From positions 27,342,001 to 27,406,000 of the forward strand of contig NC_091474.1 in the NCBI RefSeq assembly GCF_036971445.1: a stretch of 64,000 bases of DNA, written 5' to 3'. The position numbers were made by a program, and so were the translations under genes. This DNA is from Narcine bancroftii. Its lineage: Eukaryota. Below, one piece after another: positions 50,855 to 64,000 of this stretch. Below the pieces are notes generated by a model, which ran no database searches, had not been told where the DNA came from, and saw only the letters and a list, made by a program, of their open reading frames with translations. The stretch's first letter is position 1. Each line of letters starts with the position of its first letter.

Positions 50855-51930
50855 CTTCTGGAGTAAAATTGTTGCCAAGGTTCTGGCTAATAGATTAACC
50901 ATATACTTACCTGATTTGATTCAGGTGGATCAGGCAGGTTTTATTAAGAATCGAAACTCAGCAGATAAATGTTGTCAAGTTGATTTCTTTAGTTAATATT
51001 TCTCGGATGCAGAAAAGGCTTTTGATAGAGTAGAATGGAGTTTTTTGTTTAAAGTTTTGGAAAAGTTTAATTTTGGGCCTCTTTTTATTGGTTGGATTAA
51101 GGTTTTATATAAAAATCCTACTGCTAGGGTGGTGACAAATGGACAGGTGTCTTTACCTTTTGTATTATCCAGATTGACTGGAGAGGGCTGTCCTAAAGGT
51201 ATTAAGGTGAAAACTGATGAATCTAAAATAAATCTATTTGCTGATGATGCTTTGATATATTTAACACAAACCTTGCAATCCTTGGGGAACTTGCATAAGT
51301 GATTGGAACAGTACGGTGAGGTTGCAAGATATAAAATGAATTGGGAAAAAAGTGAAATTATGCTTTTAGCCAAAATGAATTATTCACTTTGTTGACAGGT
51401 TGCGAAGTTTAAATGGACTGATCGGATTAAATATTTAGGTATTATAATTGATAGTAATTATAATCATTTATTTGAATCAAATTATCTACCTTTACTGTTT
51501 AAAATTAAGTATGATTTGAGTCGGTGGAAAGATTTACCTATAACATTGATAGGATGGGTTAATTGTATTAAAATGAATATCTTTCCCTGAATTTAATATC
51601 TTTTTCAGTCTATTCCTTGATTCCTCAAATTTTGTTTAAAGATCTGAATACTTTGGTGAGAAAATTTTTGTGGAAAGATAAAATGGTGAGGATATCATTA
51701 CAGAGCTAATTTGGAAATATACATTAGGAGGTTTGCAACTTCCTAATTTTCAAAATTATTATGAATCAGTTCTGTTGAAATTCATCAATAGGATAATCCT
51801 CTGATATGGGCTAATATTGAATTATCTCAGATTGGAGAGAAGAAGATGGATCAATTTATTTATCAATGGAATTCTCAGTTCTTAAGTAATTATAATTTAC
51901 CTTTGTTAAAACATTTAATGGAACTATGGA
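50855..51930 (+). mobile_element. Decayed L1-clade ORF2 (reverse transcriptase) fragment
   Basis: AKVLANRL, DAEKAFDRVEW, WIKVLYKNP and LFADDALIY motifs with stops and deletions. Confidence 0.85.
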
Positions 51931-53815
51931 ACTTGCTGAAATATTCCATCAATGCTGTCTCTTTAACATGTGGGCGCCCGCTGTTGGCAAGAACATGGGA
52001 AGCCATTTTTCCTTGTGATTCATCAGAAGTATTCACAGAAGCAGAAAACAGAGTAAACCATCAGTTAAAGCAAAATAAGGGAAATGAGATGTGACTGCTC
52101 AAAACTGGAAAGTGACTGGCGCATAGGTTGATAGGATAATTAAGAAGGCCTATGGGATACTGGGCTTCATTAATAGGGGGATTGAGTTCAAGAGTAAAGA
52201 GGTCATGTTGCAACTCTACAAATCTCTGGTGAGAACACACTTAGAGTATTGTGTTCAGTCTGGTCACCTCATTATAGGAAGGATGGAGGGGCTGCAGAAG
52301 AGATTGACCAGGATGTTGCCTGGATTGGAAAATAAGTTTTATGAGGCAAGGTTAGCAGAGCTGGGACCTTTTCCTTTGGAACGAAGAAGGATGAGAGATG
52401 ACTTAATAGAGGTCTACGAGATTATGAAAGGCATAGATAGGGTGGACAGCCAGTACCTTTTCCCAGGGCAGGAATAGCAAACACCAGAGAATATATGTAA
52501 AAGGTGAAGGGAGGAAAGCTTAGGAGAGACATCAGGGGTAAGTTTTTTTTTTAAACAGAGAAAGTTGAGGGTGCCTGGAATGCCTTGCCAGGGTTGGTGG
52601 TGGAGGTTGAAACATTAAAGGCATTTAAAAGACTTCTAGGGAGGAACATGGATAGAAGCAAAATAGAGGGTGAAAAGATATGGAGGGGTTAGTAATTTTT
52701 TTAAGGAATATATGGGTCAGCATGACATCAAGGGCCAAAAGGCCTGTATTGTGCCCTATTGTTCTATGTTCTAAATGTAAATTCAGATCCAATGGCGTAT
52801 TATAACACTGTCTGGAAACTTTGACTGTGAACTGAAGTTAAATATTAACATACCTGCCATTGCTCAATTCTGATACTTAAGGTCCTGAATTAAAAACCTG
52901 AATATAATTGTTCTCTCTTATCATTCTGCTAAACCAGAGTCTAGCTGAAGCTAACAAGTGCCTCATACATTCACAATGCTAATTCTGCACTGGTTTGAAT
53001 ATTAACAACTGCGGATCACCACCAAGGTCTGTTTACTATGCGTCACACAGAATTATCACTGACTCAACATCCTGGAATAAAACAGAAAATGCTATAAATA
53101 CTCAGCAGGGCAGGCAGCATCAAAAGAGAGAGTAACATAACAATCTAGAACTCCTGGTTAATGGTAAGCTTCAATGTATCTAGAATAATACAACATAATA
53201 CAGGCCTTCAAGCCCATCATGAATGCACTGACCATGATGCCAATCCATCTGTCTGGATAGAACCCATATCCCTTCATTCTCCATATGTCCATGAGACTAA
53301 CAAGAGAGATGAGAAAATTGGAGCAACACACAAAATGCTGGAGGAACTCAGTGGGTTAGACAGTGTCCATGGAAGGCAATAGATATTTAGGGCCGTAATC
53401 TTTCACCAGAATAAAAAAAAGATAGGGGTGGGGGGGGCGGGGAAAGGAAGAGGAGAAGCACAGGTTGACAGGTGAATACAGGTGGGAGGGGGAAGAGTAT
53501 TAAGTGTAGAAGTGGGGAGGTCATGTTGCCATTGTATAAGACATTGAAGTATTGTGTTCAGTTTTGATCACCATGCCACAGTTATCAAGCTGGAGGGAGT
53601 GCAGAGAAGATTTACGAGGATATTGCCAGAACTCAGGGGCCTGAGCTGTAGGGAATGGCCGAGCTGGTTGGGGCTTTATTTCTTGGAGTGCAGGAAGATG
53701 ATGGGTGATCTCATAGAGTTGTACAAAATCATGAGGGGAATAGATTGGAAGAACAGAGAGTCTTTTGCCCAGAGTAGGGGAAATCAATAACCAGAGGATA
53801 CAGATTTAAGGTGAG

Positions 53816-53818
<3 letters not shown>

Positions 53819-53847
<29 letters not shown>

Positions 53848-53871
53848 GATGGGTGGGTGGGTGGGTGGGTG
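53819..53871. repeat. (GT)n plus (GGGT)n microsatellite inside a CR1 fragment
   Basis: Read directly from the sequence. Confidence 0.9.
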
Positions 53872-54842
53872 GCACGGAATGAGAGATTTAACAGGAACCT
53901 GAGTGGCAACTTTTTTTTAATACAAAGAGAGAGGAGGCACATATTATTGCAATGTTTAAGAAAATTTGGGCATATGTGGATAGGATGGGTTAGGATTTGG
54001 AGGAATATGGGTCAAACGCAGGTGGGACTAGTGTGGATGGGACATTTTGGTCAGTGATGGCAAGTTGGGCCAAAAGACCTGATTCCATGCCGCAGGACTC
54101 TAAAATTTTAAAATTATATAAATATGAAGATTGTAATCCCTCAGTAGTCCACAGAAATCATTACAAAAAAGGACTTGAGCCAGAACCTGTACTGTAAGGT
54201 AGGGTTAGGTACCAGGGCTAAATGGCCTTCTCTGTGATTCTGTTATGTGGAGTCACTGCTTTAAACTAGAGCGAGTACAGCAGTTCACCTACGCACAGCA
54301 AGTTCCCACAAACATTAATGAAATAATGACCACACCACTGGGGTTTTAGTTATAAATATCCATACTGGAAAGAATTCCTAATTTTCATTATTCAGAACCA
54401 TGGGCTGCTCCATTCACCTGAAAGGTGCTCATTTTTATAATACATTTGTAAAATAGTACCTTCAACAAGGCGGCGCTCCTCACAACAATAATGAAAGAAT
54501 CATAATGAGGCAACTTGGGAAAGCTGATGCATCCTTGCTCACCAGGACCTCAGATATCCCACCAGTGTCGGAGGTCCCACCAACTAATCTGGATCCAATC
54601 TTAATGAATGTACATGTCTTCGCCCAGAACTCTGACACGTTCCTCCTCTTTTCAAATCTTCCATTTACTTGAGAAGTGTTTTGTTAAATACTGGATTGAC
54701 GACAAATAAAAACCCCAAAGGGTAAAAAGTACGTTTTCTGACCTTCTCCTGGAGAATGTGGAGGGGGGTTTCCTTAGTCCGCAGGGCACAGGCTGCAGGC
54801 AGCAGGCAGAGGGACTAGTGCCTCACTCATTCCGTCACTCAC

Positions 54843-54876
54843 CCAGCTGAAATGGTAATCCATCCACCTGCACCAT
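54843..54876 (-). CDS. SNPH: Candidate upstream syntaphilin coding exon (MVQVDGLPFQL)
   Basis: tccATGG start, 34 nt, strong donor G|GTGAGT. Phase 1 fits the 49-nt exon. No homology support. Confidence 0.4.
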
Positions 54877-55131
54877 GGAGGAAGAGTTTAATGTGAGGCA
54901 CTCCAAGTTAGGAAAGCAAAAAATGTGAAAACAAAACTTTCTCAAAATACTGTGCCTTAAGCACCTGATGGTGTTAAAAAGATGATGTGTGTAAATACCA
55001 GCTCACTCTTAATCTTGTTATTTTTGAAAATTGGTGTTGTTTACTTCCTCTCTCCTTCCATTCTTATATCCATCTTTCTTTCCCTTCTCCTGTATTCTAC
55101 TTCCCTGTTTCTTTTTCAATCCAGGATAAAG

Positions 55132-55375
55132 GGACAGACTAGCAGCCTCATCCTTAACTGAGGGCCCCAGTCCCCTATGGACATACCAGGAACCTCAAAC
55201 TTAACTGAGGATCTCAGTCTCCCACAGACAGACTGGCAGCCTTGTCCTTAACTGAGGGCCCCAGTTCCCTATGGACATACCAGGAACCTCAAACTTAACT
55301 GAGGATCTCAGTCTCCCACAGACAGACTGGTAGCCTTGTCCTTAACTAAGGGTTCCAGTCCCCCACAGACAGACC
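55132..55375. repeat. Tandem repeat, 94-bp period (two ~47-bp subunits), ~2.6 copies
   Basis: acataccagg recurs at 55181 and 55275; cttaactgagg recurs about every 47 bp. Confidence 0.9.
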
Positions 55376-57245
55376 TCAGATATGGACGAGCCCTCAAGCC
55401 CAAACTACGTTTGAATAAAGGGCCATGGGCTGTGTCACTTGAACAAGATTCCCTCCAAATTATTTTTATTGGTTATTTAGCCACTACTCCATTTTCCATC
55501 TTGAATGTGATGTTTGTTACATTAAGGGCTGAACATCAGAGAGGGATCACATTGTATAGAGATTAGGTTTAGGGTTGGAGTGATAATTATGATGTTCTGG
55601 ACTGGTTTCAGTCCATGGAGGGAATGAGTGTGGAACTTTTCCAGAGTTTGTATTCCCTATTGATGATCCTGGAATTTCCCACGTTGCAGCTGCCTTCCCC
55701 AGGAAGTTTGTACCCATTACCCCAATTGGTAATGCAATCTTGGGACTCATTTTTTGGGGGATAAAAGGAACTGCACAAGATTCGGAACATTCCATCTATA
55801 TTCCAATATAAGCTTTGTTACAGTTCCATTCATGGATAGGGAGGAAAGATTTAGACTAGAGCAACCATTCTCAACCTTTTTCCGGCTAAGACGTCCTTCA
55901 ACGAAAACTTTATTTCTAATTGAATAATGAAATGACCAAAGCCAGTTTTGCCTCACTGCCGGAGCTCTATTCTATTTTCTCTGCCTGGCCACTGCTTACT
56001 TAAACATCTTGTTGTAACATTGAATTGGACTCTGCCCAAAGTTTATAGGCCCCATTCCCTGAGAAACAGTCAAATTTTGGTTCCTTCTTACTTCTCTCCT
56101 ATCAATTACATTTTAAAAAATTGTTATGTGAGGTGAAAAGAAAACAAAGCTTTTACTGAAATGTGCCATGGACCCTATGGCGGGGGGACATAGAGGCCCA
56201 GTTGAGAATGGCTGGTTTAGAGGGATGTGGGCTGAACACAGGCAAATAGTTAGACACCCTGATCATAATGGCTGAAGGGCCTGTTTCTGTGCTGTAAAAC
56301 TTGGTGAAGCTCTGGCTAGATCAGATTCTCCACCTTTTTCCACTCACATACCATTTTAAGTATTCCCTATGCCATAGTTGCTCTGTGATTAGTAAGGGAT
56401 TGCTTAAGGTGGTGTATGGCTGGGAAGAAAAAGTTTGAAAACCACTGTTTCAATTGTACCTGATTGACTCATTATGTTCAAGGTTTCATAACTCCAAAGG
56501 AAATGGGCCAATGACAAATTTTCTGAAGCAAAGTATTTCAGTAACAATTGGGTCCAGAACAGTGATTCTCAACCTTCCCTTCCCATTCACATACCACCTT
56601 AAGCAATCCCTTATTAATCACAGAGAACTGATGGGACAGTGATTACTTAAAGTGGTATGTGAGTGGAAAGAAAAAGGTTGAGAACCACTAGGTTCAGCCT
56701 GGAATCCTGCAATCTATGGCCTGGGCATCACATGTGAGCAACATTTACAAAGTCCTTGGTTTGGCTCAAAATCCCAACAATAAATGATAAAAGGATTGAG
56801 GTCCAAAGTGACTCAATGAAAATAAATTATTCCTCTGATGTGATGCATCCAGGTTAAGAGAATGTAGCATTAAAACGAGATTCAGGATGCTTAGATGGGG
56901 AGTAGAGATTGGGCAAATATAAACAAGCTTTTCCCATTCAGGTTCAGTGAGACAAGAACTCAAGGTCATGGGTTAAGGGTGAAAGGTGAGATGTTTAACA
57001 GGAGGGTGGTGGGGGTGGGTGGAAATAAGGTCCAGGTGCAGATCTATGGGACTAAGTGGAATAAAGAGACAGGCATCTGAATTAAACCCCCCTGTTCCAC
57101 ATCTTCCCCCCCCCCCCCCCGTTATCTTTCCTCTAGCTCTGTCTCACTCTCCCCCCTTTTCCCCCTGTCTCCTTTCACAGGGCCAAAATCAATTTTCACC
57201 TTTCATCTTATCATATTCAATTAACACCTTTTGTCTATTAGTCTG

Positions 57246-57428
57246 TGATGCACCTTCAATAACTCCAACTGATAGGCTTTTATTAGCAACAGAATGGAGG
57301 CATGTCATGCTGGTTGACTTTCCTGAACTGGGGAGGAGGTTGTGGGACGGTTACCTTTATTCAGGAGTCTGTGGGAGGAGCCACAGGTACAGTCAGACAG
57401 CTAAACATACATACAGTGGTTTACCACA
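57246..57428. mobile_element. Solo LTR (183 bp) inserted in a Penelope remnant
   Basis: TG...CA ends with TSD GTCTG (57241-57245, 57429-57433). Removing it restores the host sequence seen uninterrupted near 16640-16670. Confidence 0.75.
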
Positions 57429-58664
57429 GTCTGTACTCCTCCCACCTCCCATCCCCCATTCTTCCCCCTTTCTTTCCCCAGCCTTTAATTAGACGTCTGT
57501 CTCTTTGCACTCATTCCTTGAGGAAAGGCTCAAGCCTGAAATGTCAATAATATATTTTACCTCCAAAGGACGCTACTAGACTGGCTCAGTTCCCCAAGCA
57601 TTTCTGCAGTTTTAATAGAATCACAGGATCTGCAGACTTTCACGTTTCACACAGGTTGACAAGGCTATGAAGATGTTCAACTCACTCACCTTTATCCTCT
57701 GGGTACAGGAGTTGAACCGTCATGTTACAGTGGTACAAAATGTTGTTGAAATCACACAGAGTATTGCATGCAATTCTTATCCTTGGGCTGAAGGGAAGAT
57801 TTCATTAAGCTGGAAAGAGAGCAGAAGAGATTCATAAGTAGGTTTTTTTGACTGGAGGGGTTGTGTTACAAGGGGATGGTGGGTAGGCTGGGATTTTTCT
57901 CCCTGGTGTGTAGGGAACTGAGGGGCAACTTTATCAAGGATATAACACCATGAGGGCCATAGAGAAGTAAATAGTCATCATCATTTTCCTCCATGGTAGT
58001 GAAGTCTAAAACTAGAGGGGTTAGTTTTAAGATAAGAAGGGAAAGATTTAAAAGGGACCAGAGGAGGAAGATATGTAGAACGAGTTGTCAGAGAATTGAT
58101 AGAGGCAAGGATAATAGTATGATTTAAGAGACATTTAGACAGGAGCATGGGCAGGAAAGGTAATAGAGCAGTGGTTTACAACATTTTTCTTCCACTCACA
58201 TATCACCTTAAGTAATCCCTTACTATAGCATCCTATGCTATAGGTGCTCTGTGGTTAGTAAAGAGTTGCTTAAGGTGGTATGTGAGTGGGTGGGGTGGAA
58301 ACTTTGGTATAGATACAGAGGCCAAAGACAGGCAGCTGGACTCAGTTTGGTTGGGCCATAGGGCCTGATTCAATGGTGTGAAACTCCATGACTCTTCCAA
58401 GAAATAGAGAATCACCTTAAAATCAGTGCTGCTACACAATGGCAAAAAGGAAAAACTTGCTATTGGAATGGGTGGAAGTTACGTGAATGTCTCCCATCCT
58501 TGAAGGTAGGAGAGGAAATTATAGATCAAGAGATGATCCTACAGTTTTTGGCAAGGTGCAGAGATGAATTTGGAGAAAGGGAAGCAAACCAGGGAGCTCT
58601 CAAAATCAAGATCAGCCTAATATTACGTGGTCCAGTTTTCATTTCCATTTTAGTGGGACTGCCA

Positions 58665-58665
<1 letters not shown>

Positions 58666-58746
<81 letters not shown>
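58666..58746. repeat. (CA)~40 microsatellite
   Basis: Read directly from the sequence. Confidence 0.98.
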
Positions 58747-58748
<2 letters not shown>

Positions 58749-59284
58749 ATATTCACGCATATTTGGGGGTTAAGTTTAGATAAGGTATTACATTGTTGGT
58801 AATTAATAAATAAAGATATTATTTTAATATAACACTGTCTTGGTGAATTTCTATTGCTGCTGGTCTGTGATGTAACACTAATAAAATACCTGAATAAATT
58901 ACACGCCATTAATAAAGGATATGCAGTGGCTCATGTCTGCATTCATGATGGTGATAGAAGGGATGGGCTCACGGAAATGACATTGACCTCAGATTGCTGT
59001 ACATGATGGCGTGTAGCTGAATTGCCTATCCATCTGCTTGGATTAATAATAAAGAAAGTGAATTCAAATTATAACATAGTAGCTTGAAGTTATTTCATAT
59101 TTTAAAAAACAATATTTCCTGATGTCCTTTTAGGGAAAAAAGCCAAGTTGGGCCTGTAAGTGTCTCGTGACCCACTTTGTCTGACATGGCTAAGTAAGTG
59201 AAGGAATTACTTAGTCTATGTCAGCTTTTGGTGAGTTTTCAGAGTTAAACAAGACTCTGTTAAACAACCAGGCACAGAACGAGG

Positions 59285-60997
59285 AGTTTCTTTTCTTCGG
59301 TATTCACTAAGGAGAAGGATATTGGGATATTGGGAGATGTGGGATAAAAAAAGCAAATTGGGTAAATATGGGGAATATAGAGATTACAAAAGGTGTAGTT
59401 TTAAGGCTTTTGAAGAATATAAAGGTGGATAAGTCTCCGGGACCAGACGGGATCTTCCCCAGGACATTGAGAGAAGTGAAGGAGGAAATAGCAGAGGCTC
59501 TGGCGGTAATTTTCCAAATGTCATTAGATATGGGGATAGTGCCGGAGGATTGGCGCATTGAGCATGTGGTTCCGTTATTTAAAAAGGGTTCGAGGAGGAA
59601 GCCTGGCAACTATCGGCCTGTAAGTTTGACGTCTGTGGTAGGTAAATTAATGGAGAAAATTCTTAGAGATAGTACTTATAAACATCTGGATAGACAGGGT
59701 CTGATTAGGAGCACTCAACATGGATTTGTGGGAGGAAGGTCATGTTTGACCAATCTGATTGAATTTTTTGAAGAGGTGACTAGGAATGTGGATGAGGGTA
59801 GCGCAGTGGATGTTGTCTATATGGACTTCAGTAAGGCCTTCGATAAGGTACCACATGGAAGGTTAGTTAGGAAGGTACAGTCTTTAGGTATAAATTTTAA
59901 GATAGTCAAATGGATTGAACATTGGCTGAAAGGGAGAGGCCAGAGAGTGGTAGTGGATAATTGTCTGTCAGGTTGGAGGCCGGTGACCAGTGGTGTGCCT
60001 CAAGGATCTGTATTGGGCCCATTGTTGTTCGTTATATACATTAATGATCTAGATGATGGGGTGGTGAATTGGATTAGTAAATATGCAGACGATACTAAGA
60101 TAGGTGGAATAGTGGATAATGAAGAAGGTTTTCAAGGATTGCAGAGGGATTTGGGCTGCTTAGAAAAGTGGGCTGAAAAATGGCAGATGGAATTTAATGC
60201 TGATAAGTGTGAGGTGCTTCATTTTGGTAAGAAGAATCAGAATAGGACATATGTGGTAAATGGGAGAGCATTGAGGAATACAGAAGAGCAGAAAGATTTA
60301 GGAGTAACGGTACATCGTTCCCTGAAGGTAGAAACTCACGTGAATAGGGTGGTGAAGAAGGCTTTTAGTATGCTGGCCTTTATCAATCATTGCATGGAAT
60401 ATAGGAGTTGGGAGGTGATGTTGAGATTGTATAAGACGTTGGTGCGGCCTAATTTGGAGTTCTGTGTGCAGTTCTGGTCGCCTAATTATAGGAAGGATGT
60501 AAACAGAGTGGAGAGAGTGCAGAGAAGGTTTACCAGAATGTTGCCTGGGTTTAAGCATCTGGAGTATGGGGAGAGATTGGACAGATTGGGTCTTTATTCT
60601 TTGGAGCGTAGAAGGTTGAGAGGGGATTTGATAGAAGTATTTAAGATCATGAAAGGGATAGACAGAATGGATGTGGATAGACTATTTCCGTTAAGAGGAG
60701 GAAAGATTAAAACAAGAGGACATGAGTTAAGAATTAAGGGGCAGAGGTTTAGAGGTAACATGAGGGGGAACTTCTTTACTCAGAGAGTGGTAGCTGTGTG
60801 GAATCATCTTCCGGGAGAAATAGTGGCGGCGGAGTCAATTGTATTATTTAAGAAAAGGTTGGACAGGTATATGGATGAGAAGAAGATGGAGGGTTATGGG
60901 CATTGTGCAGGGAGGTGGGACTAGAAAGGGGTGTTTGGTTCGGTGTGGACTAGAAGGGCCTAATGGCCTGTTTCCGTGCTGTAATTGTTATGTTATA
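59285..60997 (+). mobile_element. 5'-truncated CR1 LINE with an intact 518-aa RT-to-C-terminus frame (59368..60924)
   Basis: KSPGPDG, NYRPVSLTS, QHGF, DFSKAFD, GVPQGSVLGP and YADD motifs; short 3' UTR ending in a tgtta-type tail; no endonuclease domain. Confidence 0.95.
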
Positions 60998-61015
60998 ACA
61001 TAAAAATTTAAGCTA

Positions 61016-61481
61016 CCGTATATTTCAGCGTACAAGTCGAGTTGGGGTTGACTTATACTTTTGAGACCTTAACTTCACCGAAAATACCACATTGATGTTG
61101 ATTCAGCGTATAAGTCAATGCTGGAAGCACTTGCCATTCCCCAACACCTCCCCACTGTGGGGCACCACCATAATCGCTCCTACCTGGGACCCTCAGGTCA
61201 CCATCGTCACTCCTGTCTGATAGGCCAAAGTCCCTGCTCCCATCAGGAGCACAATGTCGGTGCTCCAACTACATGGGCCGTCACTGTTGTTGTCTGGTAG
61301 GCCAAGGTTTTTTTTTAACTTACTTAATTTACAGCTTTGTTACTTGCGATTGGGGTGTTTTAAAATATTTTGGGTTGTTTTGGAGGCCGGGACAGCCCAA
61401 AAAATGGGGGTTGACAAATGCCGGATATACCATAAAATTAGGCTGAAAAATGGGGGTCAACTTATATGCCGAAATATACGG
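61016..61481. mobile_element. Tc1/mariner-superfamily (Tc2/pogo-like) MITE
   Basis: TIRs CCGTATATTTCAGCGTACAAGTCGA / TCAACTTATATGCCGAAATATACGG, flanked by TA on both sides. Confidence 0.85.
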
Positions 61482-61869
61482 TAGCTTGGGTCCATCACGA
61501 GGCAGGTCTGAAAATTAACAGCATTGCAGAGAAGCTTTTTAAATGAATTGGCAGATCATCTCTAAAGTGTATGCACATAAAGGATTTGGTAAAAATCAAT
61601 CAAGAGATTCATGGACAGGGTAATGTTTAATTGACTAGGCTGACAATCCAGCGGTCTTTATTAATAATAAAAATAAATGACTCGGAAGCGGAGGTCATTC
61701 AAATCCATCAGTCTGTGATAGGCAGTACACGATGATTCCCAACCCTGAGAATGAATGGAAACTTTAAAGAGGTAGAGAAATAGTTGGGGAATAGAGAGGG
61801 CAGTTTAAAACAGAGATGAACCTAAAGGCACTGTCTTCATTGTTACTTCCATCCAGTATTTCAGCTTGC

Positions 61870-62630
61870 TGGAGAATTAAAAAAACGTCAGCGCTGCCGG
61901 AGCTGCTGTAACACCAGCACTGTCGCTGGTGTGGACCCGGGAGACTAGGGAGTGGAGACACAGCAGTGTTTCGCAGGATCTAACTGCTTGGTCCTAATGT
62001 CAGTGGCGCTGTACAATCTTTAAATGGCCTGTTAATGGATCCGACGGAGCTTATAAGTAAAATCCTCAATGTGGAGTCCGTGCCCAAGATGGTGGTGCTT
62101 GGGCTCAGCAGTGGCCACAAGGGGTTGCGGATTCCGGGGGGAGGGGGAGATCAGGGCACCAGAAACAGAGAGTACATCCCCCCTGTTGAGAAAAAGATGA
62201 CCCTACAGGACAGTGACCACAGCAGCAGAGGGGCTCAGCAGCTGAGGGACCTACACAGGCTGCGGGCGACTTGCAGTCATGGGATGGCCTAGGCTGCTGG
62301 AGACTGGCTCATGGGAACCAGGTACCGTAGCTGGGATTGGAGAGGGTGCTGAGGCCAAGAAGGGCTCCAGAAGGGCCTCGGGCACTGAAGGTTTCCTCGT
62401 GTTGGAGATTTGGATCTGGAGTTCAGGTTGCCGAGTCTGTGTGGCAGCGAGAATGCTGGAGGGAAATCCACACACTGTGACTCTGAAGGTGTCTTTTGCT
62501 CATTTTTCTCCTATTGTTGGGCACCGGGCAATAGTCACGGTGACTCTTTGTTTGCCTTGCGGCAGGCAGAAGGCAATATCATGTAATATTACATGTTCTG
62601 TATTATTACATGACAACAAAGGAACCTTGA
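61870..62630 (+). mobile_element. Unclassified non-coding interspersed repeat (longest copy in the window)
   Basis: The 3' part recurs at ~2790-2900, 3050-3500, 41170-41475, 43140-43340 and 50430-50595; the 5' part recurs at 33360-33570. Confidence 0.6.
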
Positions 62631-64000
62631 CTATTTCCGTTCGGGATTTGCTAAGTAAACTGAGAAGATGAAAAGATCCACAAAAATCTTAATTATACTA
62701 TGTTCAATCTTCATTCAGTAAGAACATTTCAGTTTCCAAATGTCACCAAATTGACGGCACAAGGTGCTGGAGGACCTCAGCAGGCCTCCATGGGTAGAAG
62801 TGTTTCGAGATGGGAACCTTCATCGAGAAGAAAGTGGGAAAGGGATATGTCAACTAAATCAAAGTGGGGAGAAGTTGGGGAGTTGATAGGGTATTTGAGG
62901 GAAGGGAGAGAGGTGTAGATACAGGTAGAGGAAGAGATGGGGATAGGAGATTAGAAAGAAAAGTAAAAATAGAAGAGATAGAAACAGTGGAACCAGATAG
63001 AGGCGTGGTTACATGAAATTAGAAAAATCAATGTTCATCATGTTAGGTTTAAGGCAGTCCAGGAAGAATATGATCTGTTGTTCCTCAATTTTACATTGGG
63101 CCTCCCCCTGGCAATGGCTAAAGCAAGAGATAGGCATATCTGTGAGAGAATGGTGAAGGGAATTGAAGTGATTGGTTATTGAATGTTCGAGCTGAGACTT
63201 ACTGTTTTCATCTCTTTTAACTACTCCTCTCTTACTTTTCTTTCTAACCTTTCCCCCTCCCAGTGGTCTCTCCCCCTCTCCCACCTTATGTCCAATACCC
63301 CATCACATTTCAGCCCCTCCACAGCTTCTCCCGCCCCTTCGTATAGTTGATATGCCCTCCCCCCCCACCCCACAACCTTCCCACTCTAGTCTCAATAAAG
63401 GGTCCTGACCTGAAATGTTGACTGAGCTGCTAAGTCCCATAAAGCAACTCTTTATTTTCTCATGATTGTAGCATCTGCAGTTTTTTTTAACGTTTCTCTG
63501 GAGGTACAGCAATCTGCACAAAAGACTGCAAGAGGACTTTTACAAATAGGTTGCATTTGGCCTTGGAAGTAATGATGACATCATTATTGATGCAATCTAA
63601 ATTGACTCAGGAGATTTATGGCATGTACAAATAATGGTTCAATACTGGTGGCAGAGCAAACAGCTAACACCAAGACAAAGCAAACAGGACCTTTGACATT
63701 ACTCAAGGAATTTATGGTTACAGGTTAATGAAGGAGCTGACAGGAGGGAACAATTCTACTTCAGTTCACCTGTTCCAATCTACATTTCTTTCCACTGTAG
63801 ATGTTCCTTCAACAGAAGGTCAAAGGACTCCGAAGAAAGCAGCTTGCCAAAATAAAATCTGCCTTGGTCAGCAATGAACAGCAAGATTATAGTCTTGGAC
63901 ATAAATAAAAACAGATACAGAATGGAGAAATATTCATACACATGAAGCACAAAAATCAACATGCATGCAGAGAAGAAGACACAATAGAAAACTAGCCTTT

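Noticed and set aside
55132-55375. cttaactgagg recurring every ~47 bp, array-like
   Set aside because: The intervening sequences are themselves duplicated with a 94-bp period, so it is a simple tandem repeat.
59368-60924. Longest ORF as a host gene or retron-like RT
   Set aside because: It is a standard CR1 ORF2 fragment with its own 3' tail and many decayed relatives in the window.

Overview
Vertebrate genomic DNA, not prokaryotic. The repeat landscape (CR1, Rex/Babar, Penelope, V-SINE, Deu-domain SINE) suggests a cartilaginous fish, possibly a ray (inference). It holds two convergent spliced genes, reconstructed by hand from GT-AG sites and reading phase. (1) A syntenin-family PDZ gene on +, most likely SDCBP2: 8 coding exons, 8435-26946, 873-nt CDS, 290 aa. 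(2) Syntaphilin (SNPH) on -: four well-supported coding exons, 45885-34783, plus a candidate upstream exon near 54.9 kb. The pair mirrors the SNPH/SDCBP2 neighbourhood in mammals. Most remaining sequence is decayed transposable elements, and almost all short ORFs in the track are TE remnants or noise. I found no evidence of a new multi-gene system. The most unusual items are: an ORF1-only (HAL1-like) L1 derivative with a TSD, nested in a Chapaev3-like DNA transposon; a young open-frame RTE LINE with a perfect 10-bp TSD inside a SINE; an interstitial telomeric array at a CR1 break; a 209-bp tandem duplication across the SNPH stop codon; hammerhead-like motifs in hairpin-forming Penelope remnants; two short solo LTRs with 5-bp TSDs; and several candidate alternative exons. 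Family assignments come from recalled motifs, not database searches.
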